Of a DNA stretch of 64,000 bases, positions 28,170-37,133 are shown in pieces. The first letter of the stretch is position 1. Each line of letters starts with the position of its first letter. The notes under the pieces were generated by a model. It did not search any database and had not been told where the DNA came from. It saw nothing but the letters and a program-made list of their open reading frames with translations. Both the position numbers and the translations under genes were made by a program. Origin of the DNA: Deltaproteobacteria bacterium (GTDB lineage Bacteria; Myxococcota; B64-G9); contig JAFGRB010000138.1 in NCBI GenBank assembly GCA_016935365.1, forward strand, positions 712-64,711, given 5' to 3'.

Positions 28170-31100
28170 GCGAGCGCATCCGCGCTTCGCCCGCGTGGGC
28201 CTGGTGCTGCAGCTCACCGCATGGCTCGCCAGCCTGCTGCTCGCGAGCAGCGCGGCCGCCGATCCGCTGCCGGCTGAAGACGATCAGGGCAAGGCGGCCA
28301 TCGAGAAGGCGGCAGACGAGGTGAGCGGGCAGAGCCCCGCGGCTGCGGGGAAAGCCCCCAAGGCGGCCGGGTCTTCGGAGCCGAAGAGCGAGGAGGAACG
28401 GGAGCTCGAGGAGATGCTCGGCATCGTCGAGGACTTCCAGCAGCAGACCTCCTCCTACAAGAAAGAGATCCAGCTCATCGTGGAGCGCAAGTACGACGAG
28501 AAGCGCACCGCCGTGGTCGCCTCGTACGAGAAGGCCATCGACGAGCTCGAGGAAGTGGAGCGCGAGCGCCGCCAGGAGGCCATCAAGGTCTTCGAGGGAT
28601 TTCTCGCCAAGTATCCCAGCGATCCGCGCTACACGCCCGGCGCGCTGTGGCGTCTGGCGGAGCTATACTACGAGCGCTCCAAGCTGGCGCTGGCCGAGCA
28701 GGAGGAGCGCTTCGAGAAGGAGCTGGCGGCCTTCAACCGCGGGCAGCGAGAGCAGGAGCCGGTTCCGCCGGTGGCCCACTTCGAGAAGACGATCGCGATG
28801 CTCCAGCGGCTGATCGGGGACTTTCCTACCTACAAGCTGCTCGACGGTGCCCATTACCTGCTGGCCTATTGCCTGCAGGAGCAGGGTGAGGCCACCGAGG
28901 CCGAGGGGGTCTGGACCTCCTTCGCCGAGCGCTTTCCTTCGAGCAAGCTCCTGCCCGAGGTCTACACGCGGCTCGGCGAGCTGTACTTCGAGGATCCCGA
29001 CAAGCTCAAGGAGGCCATCCAGGCCTACTCCAAGGTCCTCGAGTATCCGGACAGCCCGATGTTCGACAAGGCGCTCTACAAGCTGGCCTGGACATACTAC
29101 AAGGTGGACCGCTTCCAGGAGGCCGTGGAGAACTTCGACCGGCTGATCGCCTGGTCGGACAAGGGGCAGGCGGGCGAGGATGGCGAGCAGGATGTGGCCC
29201 GGACCGAGCTGCGCAAGGAGGCCCTGCAGTACCTGGCCATCAGCTTCGCCGAGGACGAGTGGGCCGGCTCGGGCACGGAGAACGCCCTGGCCTTCTTCCG
29301 CAGCCGACCGGACAGGGCCTACAAGGCCGAGTTCTTCCGGAAGCTCGGCGAGTTCTACTTCATCGACGCGAAGTACGACAAGAGCGTCGTGGCCACCCGC
29401 CAGGCCATCGAGCTCGATCCCCTGCACGAGACGAATCCCAAGCTGATGTCCACGATCATCGACAGCCACGCCCGCCTGGGAAAGCTCGAAGCGGTCGCGT
29501 CGGCGCAGGAGGAGCTCGTCCGGCGCTTCGGAAAGGGCTCCGAGTGGTGGGAGGCCAACAAGGACAACCAGGAGGCGACTTCGGAGGCGAGCAAGTTGGC
29601 GGAGAACGCCCTGCACTCGGCGGCGGTCTTCCATCACACCATGGCGCAGCGGCTCAAGCAGCAGGAGCGCTCGGAGGACGCGCGGCGCGAGTACTCCGCG
29701 GCCGCGGCGGCCTATCAGAAATACCTGGATAACTTTCCCCGCTCGCGGGACAGCTACCGCCTGACCTTCTACCTGGCCGAGTCGTACTACTACTCGCTGC
29801 AGTTCGACAAGGCGGCCGAGACATACGCCCTCGTGCGCGACAGCGCCGCCGGTGACGAGTTTTTGACCGAGTCGGCCAACTCGGTGGTGCTCGCCCGGCT
29901 GAACCTGGTCAAGGCGGCCGAGGAGAGAGGCGAGCTGGAGCCGCTCAAGATCTATACGAGCAAGGACCGACCGGCCGATCTCAAGGTCGAGCCGCGACCC
30001 GTTCCCGAGCTGAGGCAGAAGCTCATCGCCGCGCAGGATGCCTACGCGGCCAAGCTGCCCAAGGACGAGGAAGCCGACAACATGGCCTTCCAGGCAGCCC
30101 AGGTGTTCTACGCCTTCGATCACCTGGACGAGGCCCGGGAGCGCTTCGCCAAGATCGTGGCCGAGACGGGCAAGGCCGATCTGGCCTCGAGCTCCACCAA
30201 CCTGATCATCGAGAGCTACCTCGTCACCCAGGACTGGGTGCAGGTCGAGAAGTGGAGCCGCAAGCTGGCGGCCCTCACCCGGGATCCGAAGCTGCGGGCG
30301 GATCTGAAGGAGTTCGAGCTGGGGGCGCGCTTCAACAACGCGTCCAACCTGATGGCTTCCGGGGAGGAGCTGCGCAAGACGGGCAAGCAGGAGGAGGCCA
30401 ACAAGAAGCTCGACGCGGCGGCCGCGGAGTTCGTGCGGCTGGTGGACGACGACCCGAAGGGAGAGACCTCGGACAAGGCGCTCAACAATGCGGCCTACTG
30501 CTACTCCCTGTCCAACCGGCCGGTCTCGGCGGGCAAGATCTACGAGCGGATCGTGCGCGAGTTCCCCAGGAGCGAGTTCGCCGACAAGTCCTTGTTCCTC
30601 ATGGCGGGCAGCGCGGAGGCCAGCTACCAGTTCCAGCGCGCGATCGACAACTACATCCGGCTGGTGGACGAGTACAAGAAGTCCGAGTTCCGCGGGGACG
30701 CGCTCTACAACGCGGCCGTAGCCCTGGAGGGCGACCAGCAGTACGGGCAGGCGGCGCAGGCGTACGAGCGATACGCCAAGCTCTTCCCGGACAGGAAAGA
30801 CGCCTCGGCGAACTACTTCCACGCGGGCCGGGTGCTCGAAAAGAAGAAGGACTGGCGTGGGGTGATGGCGTTGTATCTGCGCTTCATGAAGGCCTACCGG
30901 CGAGATCCCGCCGAGCAGGAGCGCCTGGTCATGGCCCAGATGAAGATCGCCGAGGCCTATGAAGCGCTCGGGGATTCACGCCGATCGGCGAGTGGTTACC
31001 AGGAGACGATCAAGCTATACGACCGCTATCGGCTCGCGGCCGGGGGACAGGCGGCGGAGGCGGCCGCCAAGGCCCGCTTCCTCCTCGTGGAGCGGAAGCT

Positions 31101-31596
31101 CAAGGCCTACGAGAAGATCACCTTCGACGTCTCACCCCGCAAGCTGAAGCAGACGCTCAACGCCAAGGCGGTCTCGCTGAAGAAGATGGAGGATCAGTAC
31201 AAGCAGATTTTCGGCTACAAGCGGGTCCAGTGGACGCTGGCCGCATATTACCGCCTGGGCTACCTCTACGAGAACTTCGCAGATGTGCTCATCAACGCAC
31301 CCTGCCCCAAGGGGCTGAACGAGGAGGAGTGCGACATCTACAAGGGCAAGCTCTACGAGTTCGCCGAGACGCCGATCAAGAAGGCGGTCGGCGCCTACGT
31401 CGAGACGATGGAGAAATCCAAGTCCTTCAAGGTGGCCAACGACTGGACCCAGAAGGCGCTCGAGAGCCTCAATCGATTCGAGCCCTTGACCTATCCACTG
31501 CAGAAGGAACCCGCCTCGGCGCTGGTGGTCGATCGCCATGCAGCTCAGCCCCTGATCCAGATCGTCGAGAGCGGCGTCAAGCCGTCGGGCAAATGA
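28147..31596 (+). CDS. Large periplasmic TPR protein, GltD/AgmU-like
   Basis: GTG 28147 after GAGGAG gives a signal peptide; ALWRLAELYYE, RLGELYF, ALYKLAWTYYK, ELRKEAL, WTLAAYYRLGYLYENF, CPKGLNEEECDIY. Confidence 0.85.
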   Translation: MCSTRSTERAHPRFARVGLVLQLTAWLASLLLASSAAADPLPAEDDQGKAAIEKAADEVSGQSPAAAGKAPKAAGSSEPKSEEERELEEMLGIVEDFQQQTSSYKKEIQLIVERKYDEKRTAVVASYEKAIDELEEVERERRQEAIKVFEGFLAKYPSDPRYTPGALWRLAELYYERSKLALAEQEERFEKELAAFNRGQREQEPVPPVAHFEKTIAMLQRLIGDFPTYKLLDGAHYLLAYCLQEQGEATEAEGVWTSFAERFPSSKLLPEVYTRLGELYFEDPDKLKEAIQAYSKVLEYPDSPMFDKALYKLAWTYYKVDRFQEAVENFDRLIAWSDKGQAGEDGEQDVARTELRKEALQYLAISFAEDEWAGSGTENALAFFRSRPDRAYKAEFFRKLGEFYFIDAKYDKSVVATRQAIELDPLHETNPKLMSTIIDSHARLGKLEAVASAQEELVRRFGKGSEWWEANKDNQEATSEASKLAENALHSAAVFHHTMAQRLKQQERSEDARREYSAAAAAYQKYLDNFPRSRDSYRLTFYLAESYYYSLQFDKAAETYALVRDSAAGDEFLTESANSVVLARLNLVKAAEERGELEPLKIYTSKDRPADLKVEPRPVPELRQKLIAAQDAYAAKLPKDEEADNMAFQAAQVFYAFDHLDEARERFAKIVAETGKADLASSSTNLIIESYLVTQDWVQVEKWSRKLAALTRDPKLRADLKEFELGARFNNASNLMASGEELRKTGKQEEANKKLDAAAAEFVRLVDDDPKGETSDKALNNAAYCYSLSNRPVSAGKIYERIVREFPRSEFADKSLFLMAGSAEASYQFQRAIDNYIRLVDEYKKSEFRGDALYNAAVALEGDQQYGQAAQAYERYAKLFPDRKDASANYFHAGRVLEKKKDWRGVMALYLRFMKAYRRDPAEQERLVMAQMKIAEAYEALGDSRRSASGYQETIKLYDRYRLAAGGQAAEAAAKARFLLVERKLKAYEKITFDVSPRKLKQTLNAKAVSLKKMEDQYKQIFGYKRVQWTLAAYYRLGYLYENFADVLINAPCPKGLNEEECDIYKGKLYEFAETPIKKAVGAYVETMEKSKSFKVANDWTQKALESLNRFEPLTYPLQKEPASALVVDRHAAQPLIQIVESGVKPSGK

Positions 31597-33311
31597 GGGT
31601 TGCGGAGATGCGGATGAACCGTTTGGGGCTGCTCTTCGTTTGGTCCGCTATCGCGCTGGCCTTCGGCCTGCTCTTCGGCTGTGCGTCGGCGCCCGAGCCC
31701 AAGCCCGAGCCGAAGGCCGAGGAGGCGGTCGAGCCCGAGCAGAAGAAGGCGGCCGCGGAGGAGGGCGGGGGCGAGGAGCTGGCCCCTCCCTTGACCGACG
31801 CGGACAAGGTCGCATCGAAGGCCGAGGCGGCAGAGGCGGAAGCGGCCGAGAAGCCGCCGGCGCCGCCGAGCGAGCTCGAGCTGAACGAGGAGGTCTCCGG
31901 GCTGCTGGCCGCGTCCGCCCAGAGCGCCCCCGGCGATCCGGACAAGGCGCTCGAGCTGGTCGGCAAGGCGATCGAGATCATGCCGACCTGCTTCCAGTGC
32001 TACTACAACCGGGGCGTGCTCTTCGAGCACAAGGGGCAGTGGAGCGAGGCCATCGAGGCCTACCGGAAGGTGATCGAGCTCCAGCCGGGCCACGCGGGGG
32101 CGGTCGTCAATCTCTCCAATCTCTTCGTGCGGTCGGGAGATGCACGCAAGGCCCGGAGCGTGGTCACCGCGGCGGTCAAGGCTGCGCCGCGCGATCTGGC
32201 ACTCCGCAACCAGCTGGCAAAGGTGCTGCTCTTGGAGGGCAAGCTGGAGGACGCCGCCAAGCAGGCCAAGGGCGTGCTCCAGATCGACGAGCGCAACGTG
32301 GACGCCATGATCCAGCTCGCCTACTACTACTTCAAGCTGGGCAAGCACGAGCTGGCGGAGCGCGTCTTGCAGAAGGCCAAGGAGATCGACGAGACGAATC
32401 CGATCATCCCCAACCGGCTCGGCTTCGTCTACCTGGAGATGGACAACCAGCCGGCGGCCATCGCGGCCTTCAAGAAGGCCGTCGAGCTCGACGATGGCTT
32501 CGCGGAGGCCCACAACAACCTGGGTGTCCTCTACAACCGGGCGCATGACTACAAGTCGGCGGCAGAGCACTTCCGCAAGGCCGTGGCGGTCGATCCGCGC
32601 TTCCTGGAGGCCTACTTGAACCTGGGGAATGCGCTCCGGGGAGACCAGCAGTTCAAGGAAGCCGAGGCGGCCTATCGGCGGGTGATCGAGCTGGACCCGG
32701 GCGAGCGCCGGGCGGTGCTGAACCTCGGGCTGCTCTATCTGGACGACGAGGTGCCGGGCTATCCCAAGTCCAAGCGCTATGCCCTCGCGGTGGAGAGCCT
32801 GAAGAAGTTCCGGTCCGTGGGCGGCACGCACCCGAAGCTGAGCGACTACCTCGAGGAGGCCGGCAAGAAGAAGGAGCGGGCCGTCAAGGCGGAGGAGCGC
32901 CAGCGGAAGCGCGACGAGGAGAAGCGCAAGAAGGAAGAGGCGGAGGCGCGCGAGAAGGCGGAAGCAGAGGCGCGCGCGAAGGCAGAGGCCGAGGCGCGCG
33001 CGCAGGCGGAGGCCGAGGCGCGCGCGAAAGCGGAGGCCGAGGCGCGCGAGAAGGCGGAAGCCGAGGCGCGCGAGAAGGCCGGCGCCGGCAAGCTCGGCGG
33101 CGGCAAGGACGAGGAGCCGGCCTCCGGCAAGCTCGGCGGCGGCAAGGACGAGAAGCCGGCTTCCGGCAAGCTCGGCGGCGGCAAGGACGAGGAGCCGGCC
33201 TCCGGCAAGCTCGGCGGCGGCGAGGACGAGAAGCCGGCTTCTGGCAAGCTCGGCGGCGGCAAGGACGAGGAGCCGGCGGCCGGACAGAAGATCGGAGAGG
33301 ACGAGAAGTAG
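31593..33311 (+). CDS. TPR lipoprotein, GltE/AglT-like, with repetitive C-terminal tail
   Basis: Lipobox LLFGC; TPRs (AEAHNNLGVLY, EAYLNLGNALRG, LNLGLLYLD); ATG overlaps upstream stop (alternative ATG 31614). Confidence 0.88.
   Translation: MRVAEMRMNRLGLLFVWSAIALAFGLLFGCASAPEPKPEPKAEEAVEPEQKKAAAEEGGGEELAPPLTDADKVASKAEAAEAEAAEKPPAPPSELELNEEVSGLLAASAQSAPGDPDKALELVGKAIEIMPTCFQCYYNRGVLFEHKGQWSEAIEAYRKVIELQPGHAGAVVNLSNLFVRSGDARKARSVVTAAVKAAPRDLALRNQLAKVLLLEGKLEDAAKQAKGVLQIDERNVDAMIQLAYYYFKLGKHELAERVLQKAKEIDETNPIIPNRLGFVYLEMDNQPAAIAAFKKAVELDDGFAEAHNNLGVLYNRAHDYKSAAEHFRKAVAVDPRFLEAYLNLGNALRGDQQFKEAEAAYRRVIELDPGERRAVLNLGLLYLDDEVPGYPKSKRYALAVESLKKFRSVGGTHPKLSDYLEEAGKKKERAVKAEERQRKRDEEKRKKEEAEAREKAEAEARAKAEAEARAQAEAEARAKAEAEAREKAEAEAREKAGAGKLGGGKDEEPASGKLGGGKDEKPASGKLGGGKDEEPASGKLGGGEDEKPASGKLGGGKDEEPAAGQKIGEDEK
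32934..33077 (+). repeat. 6 x 24-bp coding tandem repeat, AEAEAR(E/A)(K/Q)
   Basis: Six imperfect copies of gcggaggccgaggcgcgcgmgaag. Confidence 0.9.
33087..33281 (+). repeat. 5 x 39-bp coding tandem repeat, GKLGGGKDE(E/K)PAS
   Basis: Units start at 33087, 33126, 33165, 33204, 33243 with only a few substitutions each. Confidence 0.95.
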
Positions 33312-33334
33312 CCCGGGCAGGTCGAGGGGAATGC

Positions 33335-33363
33335 TTGACCGGCCGCGTCGCATCTTCTACTAT
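33335..33363 (+). promoter_or_regulatory. Sigma70-type internal promoter upstream of the gltF-like and motor genes
   Basis: TTGACC-N17-TACTAT. Confidence 0.6.
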
Positions 33364-33394
33364 GCCGGACTGACCGGCGAAGCAGGAGGAGAGG

Positions 33395-33643
33395 ATGGGC
33401 CTCATCAGATCGATCGGGTTGCTCGTGCTGGTCGGCTTGCTGCTCGCGGCCCTGCCGGCGCAGGCGAAGAAGAAGGAGCTGCGCCAGGTCGTCATCGACG
33501 AGGTGACCCGGGTGGAGGGTCGCATCCAGAAGCCCGAGGTATGGTATCTCCTCCCGAGGTCGAACCTGAACTTCCAGGGCCTGGAGATAGAGCAGAAGCT
33601 GGTCCCCAAGATCGAAGGCGCCGTCAAGAAGGATCCGTTTTGA
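33395..33643 (+). CDS. Small secreted protein, GltF/CglF-like
   Basis: Signal peptide ..PAQA; VEGRIQKPEVWYLLPRSNLNF; position between the TPR lipoprotein and the motor/GltG-like genes; AGGAGG RBS. Confidence 0.75.
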   Translation: MGLIRSIGLLVLVGLLLAALPAQAKKKELRQVVIDEVTRVEGRIQKPEVWYLLPRSNLNFQGLEIEQKLVPKIEGAVKKDPF

Positions 33644-33701
33644 AGCTGGCTCATATGGCAGATGCCGATACCTGGTGTGGAATGACACCGGAGGAGCGAC
33701 G

Positions 33702-34460
33702 ATGAAGAGCAAACATCCGGTCCCCCTGGCCCTCTTGGGCGTGCTGGCACTCCTGCCCGCATCCGCGCTGGCCGCCGAGGCGGCTGCGGAGGATGGGGGA
33801 TTCATGGCCTGGCTGGCCGAGTTCTTCGATGCGGGCGGCCCTTTCCTCTACATCAACTGCGTCACGCTGGTCTGGGGCCTGGCCATCATCATCGAGCGCA
33901 TGTTCTTCATCTTCTTCCGGTACAACGTCAACGCCGAGGCCTTCATGGCCCAGGTGCAGAAGCTCGTGATGGCCAACAACATCGAGCGGGCCATCAAGCT
34001 CTGCAATGCCGCTCCGGCGGCTGCCTTGCCGCGGGTGGTCAAGGCCGGCCTCACGCGGGCGAACCGCGGGGAAGTGGAGATCCGCAACGCGGTCGAGGAG
34101 GCCACGCTCGAGATCGTCCCCATCCTCCAGAAGCGTACCGGCAACCTGGCGCAGCTGGCAAACATCGCCACTTTGCTGGGCTTGCTGGGGACCATCACGG
34201 GTCTGGTCTCGGCCTTCACGGCCACCTCGGGCGTCAGCCCGGAGCTCAAGGCCCAGTTGCTGGCCAAGGGCGTCTCCGAGGCGCTCTACACGACCGGCTA
34301 CGGCCTGTCCATCGCCATTTTGCTGATGGTCTTCCAGCTCATCTTGACCAACATCACCAAGAAGATCATCGACGAGATCGACCAGTGGTCGGTCAAGCTC
34401 GAGAACTTGCTGATTTCAAGGGGAAAGGGCGGAGTGGGCGCCCTGGACCGTGGCGCCTGA
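33702..34460 (+). CDS. MotA/TolQ/ExbB proton channel protein (AglR-like)
   Basis: IIIER, ANIATLLGLLGTITGLVSAF, GVSEALYTTGYGL; GGAGGA RBS. Confidence 0.93.
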   Translation: MKSKHPVPLALLGVLALLPASALAAEAAAEDGGFMAWLAEFFDAGGPFLYINCVTLVWGLAIIIERMFFIFFRYNVNAEAFMAQVQKLVMANNIERAIKLCNAAPAAALPRVVKAGLTRANRGEVEIRNAVEEATLEIVPILQKRTGNLAQLANIATLLGLLGTITGLVSAFTATSGVSPELKAQLLAKGVSEALYTTGYGLSIAILLMVFQLILTNITKKIIDEIDQWSVKLENLLISRGKGGVGALDRGA

Positions 34461-34530
34461 GGCCCGGGAGGAACCTTTCTAGAGCCGGGGTTGTCGCACG
34501 CATTGTGCCGCACCCGAACAGGGGCTGTCG

Positions 34531-35121
34531 ATGGCGGTCAGGAAGCCTTCAGAGCGTTCGAAGTCGTACCAGGAGCCGATCGGCCTGAACATCACACCCT
34601 ACCTGGACATCGTGACCTCGATCATGCTCTTCATCATGGTCACCTCCACGGGCCTGGCCCAGATCGGCATGATCAACGTCAACGCCCCGAGCTACTCGGA
34701 TCCGCTCGAGGGCGGTGGCGGGCAGGAGGACGACGAGAAGAAGGATGAAAAGCAACTCAACCTGACCGTGGGCATCACCTACGACGGGCTCTTCATCGCG
34801 GGCGTCGGCGGCGTGTTGGGAGACGCGAGCGCGCCGGAAGAAGAGCGCAAGGGCCCCACCGTGCCGCTGCTGACCGCCGATGCGGACTGCCGGGAGGCGA
34901 TGGCCAAGAAAGCGCCTCCGCCTGCCAAGTGTTACGACTACAAGCGGCTGACGCGCGAGATGATCAAGATCAAGGACGAGTTCCCCAAGGAGACCAAGAT
35001 CATTATCTACGCTCAACCGGATGTGCCATACGAGATCCTGGTCAACGTGATGGACGCGACCCGCCAGACCGGCGACCGGTCTCTGTTCTACGACGTCATC
35101 CTCAGCCCGGAGATCTCATGA
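34531..35121 (+). CDS. ExbD/TolR-family protein (AglQ-like), conserved Asp present
   Basis: LNITPYLDIVTSIMLF (D26); C-terminal PDVPYEILVNVMDATR. Confidence 0.92.
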   Translation: MAVRKPSERSKSYQEPIGLNITPYLDIVTSIMLFIMVTSTGLAQIGMINVNAPSYSDPLEGGGGQEDDEKKDEKQLNLTVGITYDGLFIAGVGGVLGDASAPEEERKGPTVPLLTADADCREAMAKKAPPPAKCYDYKRLTREMIKIKDEFPKETKIIIYAQPDVPYEILVNVMDATRQTGDRSLFYDVILSPEIS

Positions 35122-35645
35122 GCGCTCGCAAAGCTGCGAAGAAGATGTCCGACACGACCGAGCTGGACATGATTCCCATCATGGGGCTCTTCACGTCGCT
35201 CATCCTGTACCTGCTGAAGAACTTCTCCGTGGATCCGGTCCAGATCCAGCCCACCCGCGACACCCTGCTGCCGATCTCCAACACCCGCATCGCACCGAAG
35301 GAGGCCGCAGTACAGGTGGCCATCACCGGGCGCATGATCCTGGTGGAGGACCGAGTGGTGGCGCGGGTGAAGAACGGACGCGTCGAGGCGGAGTACAAGA
35401 AGGACAAAAACCCGGCCAGCCTGCTCATCGTTCCGCTCAAGGAGGCGCTCGTCAACGCCCGGGAGAAGCAGAAGCTGATCGCCAAGTACAACAAGAAGAA
35501 AAAGGAGCTTCAGTTCAAGGGGACGATGACCGTCATCGCGGACAAACGGATTCCATTTCGCCTGCTGACGGAGGTGCTCTACTCCGCCGGTCAGGCGGAG
35601 TATGGCGCCTACAAGTTCGCGGTCTTGAAGAAAGAGTCAGCCTAG
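35118..35645 (+). CDS. ExbD/TolR-family protein (AglS-like), Gly at the conserved Asp position
   Basis: LDMIPIMGLFTSLILYLLKNFS; IADKRIPFRLLTEVLYSAGQAEY; ATGA overlap with upstream gene. Confidence 0.9.
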   Translation: MSARKAAKKMSDTTELDMIPIMGLFTSLILYLLKNFSVDPVQIQPTRDTLLPISNTRIAPKEAAVQVAITGRMILVEDRVVARVKNGRVEAEYKKDKNPASLLIVPLKEALVNAREKQKLIAKYNKKKKELQFKGTMTVIADKRIPFRLLTEVLYSAGQAEYGAYKFAVLKKESA

Positions 35646-35675
35646 GTACCCGGGCGCTCTTCGAGGAAGGCTCTG

Positions 35676-37049
35676 ATGCCGGAAGCAGCCAGGAACAAGA
35701 TTCTGCGCATCGGCGTGATCCAGGGTGGCAAGATCATCGAGGAGAAGCTCATCCGCAAGCGCACCAGCGTCACCGTGGGATCGAGCACTCGCAACACGAT
35801 CGTGCTTCCAGCGTCTGGCGTGCCCAAGAGCTTCACCCTCTTCGAGATGCGGGGCAACGACTATCACCTGGCCTTCACGGACCAGATGTCCGGTCGGGTC
35901 TCTGTCGACGACAAGGCCGCCGATCTCCAGTCCCTCAAGGCGCAGAACCTGGTGCGCAAGGCCGGCAACACCTACCACCTGAAGATGAACGAGAGCACCA
36001 GGGGGCGGGTGTCGGTCGGCGAGTGCATCATCCTCTTCCAGTTCGTCAAGCCGATGCCCGAGCCCGCACGCCCCCAGCTGCCGGCCGTGGTGCGGGGCTA
36101 CTGGACGCGGAACATCGATTGGCCTTACACCTCGACGTTCTCCTTCGTGGCCATCTCCATGCTGGTGCTCATCATCTGGGCGAACCAGATCCCGGTAGTG
36201 GAGAAGGAGGTCACCATCGAGGACATCCCGGATCGCTTCGCCAAGATGATCATGCCGGACAAGGAGAAGGACATGGGCGAGGACGGGGACGGGGCCGGCA
36301 AGGCGGAGAAGGCCCCCACCCCGAAGAAGAAGCAAAAGGTCGAGGAGGCGTCCGCGGACGAGGGCGATGGAGAGGGGGACGACTCGCCGGCAGCCACCGC
36401 AGCGCGAAGAGTCGCCATGGAGAAGAAAGTGGCGGGCCGCGGCCTGCTCAAGATCCTGGGCACCAAGGGCGCGGGCGGCCTCTCCATGGGCGGCGCCGTG
36501 GCGGACGTCTTCGCGGAGGGCTCGGTGGGCGGTTCGGGCGACGGTGTGTTCGAAGGCATCGGCGGGGGGCTGGACGTGGCCACCGCGCCGGGCCAGCATG
36601 GCTCGCGGGGCGTGGACGGCGCCGCGAGCGCGACGAGCATCGGGGACCTGGGCACCACGGGCGTGGTCGGCGGAGCCGGCAAGGGTGGGCGCAAGAAGGC
36701 CGAGGCGCGCGTGGTGGCCAAGGTGAGTTCGGCGGCCCTGCAGGAGTTCGAGTCCGACTCCCGCAGCCCGGCCGATATCAAGAAGGTGATCCGCAGGCGC
36801 CTGGGCGGTATCAAGCACTGCTACGAGAAGCGATTGAAGCGCAACCCGGAGTTGCAGGGCAAAGTCGTCATCCGCTTCGTCGTCCACCCGGGCGGCAAGA
36901 TCATCGAGGTGGAGGTGTTGGAGAACACGACGGGCGACGCCGAGCTGGCGGCCTGCATCCGCAGCTGCGTCAAGGCCATCCGCTTCCCGCCGGCCGAAGG
37001 CGGAGAGACGGCGGTGGTCTACCCGTTCATTCTGGCTCCCGGGGGCTGA
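35676..37049 (+). CDS. GltG/AgmX/PglI-like TonB/TolA-type energy transducer
   Basis: N-terminal cytoplasmic FHA-like region, single TM, charged and Gly-rich linker, C-terminal TonB_C-like IKHCYEKRLKRNPELQGKVVIRF..VYPFIL. Confidence 0.92.
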   Translation: MPEAARNKILRIGVIQGGKIIEEKLIRKRTSVTVGSSTRNTIVLPASGVPKSFTLFEMRGNDYHLAFTDQMSGRVSVDDKAADLQSLKAQNLVRKAGNTYHLKMNESTRGRVSVGECIILFQFVKPMPEPARPQLPAVVRGYWTRNIDWPYTSTFSFVAISMLVLIIWANQIPVVEKEVTIEDIPDRFAKMIMPDKEKDMGEDGDGAGKAEKAPTPKKKQKVEEASADEGDGEGDDSPAATAARRVAMEKKVAGRGLLKILGTKGAGGLSMGGAVADVFAEGSVGGSGDGVFEGIGGGLDVATAPGQHGSRGVDGAASATSIGDLGTTGVVGGAGKGGRKKAEARVVAKVSSAALQEFESDSRSPADIKKVIRRRLGGIKHCYEKRLKRNPELQGKVVIRFVVHPGGKIIEVEVLENTTGDAELAACIRSCVKAIRFPPAEGGETAVVYPFILAPGG

Positions 37050-37133
37050 TTCGGGCACAATCGGGTCGTCATGCAGGTGTGGTGCCGAGGTCCTGTCCGG
37101 ATCTCGGCTTTCGCTGTTCGAGAGGTGAGGACG

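Noticed and set aside
33087-33281. CRISPR-like or non-coding 39-bp repeat
   Set aside because: Head-to-tail without spacers and in frame inside a coding sequence
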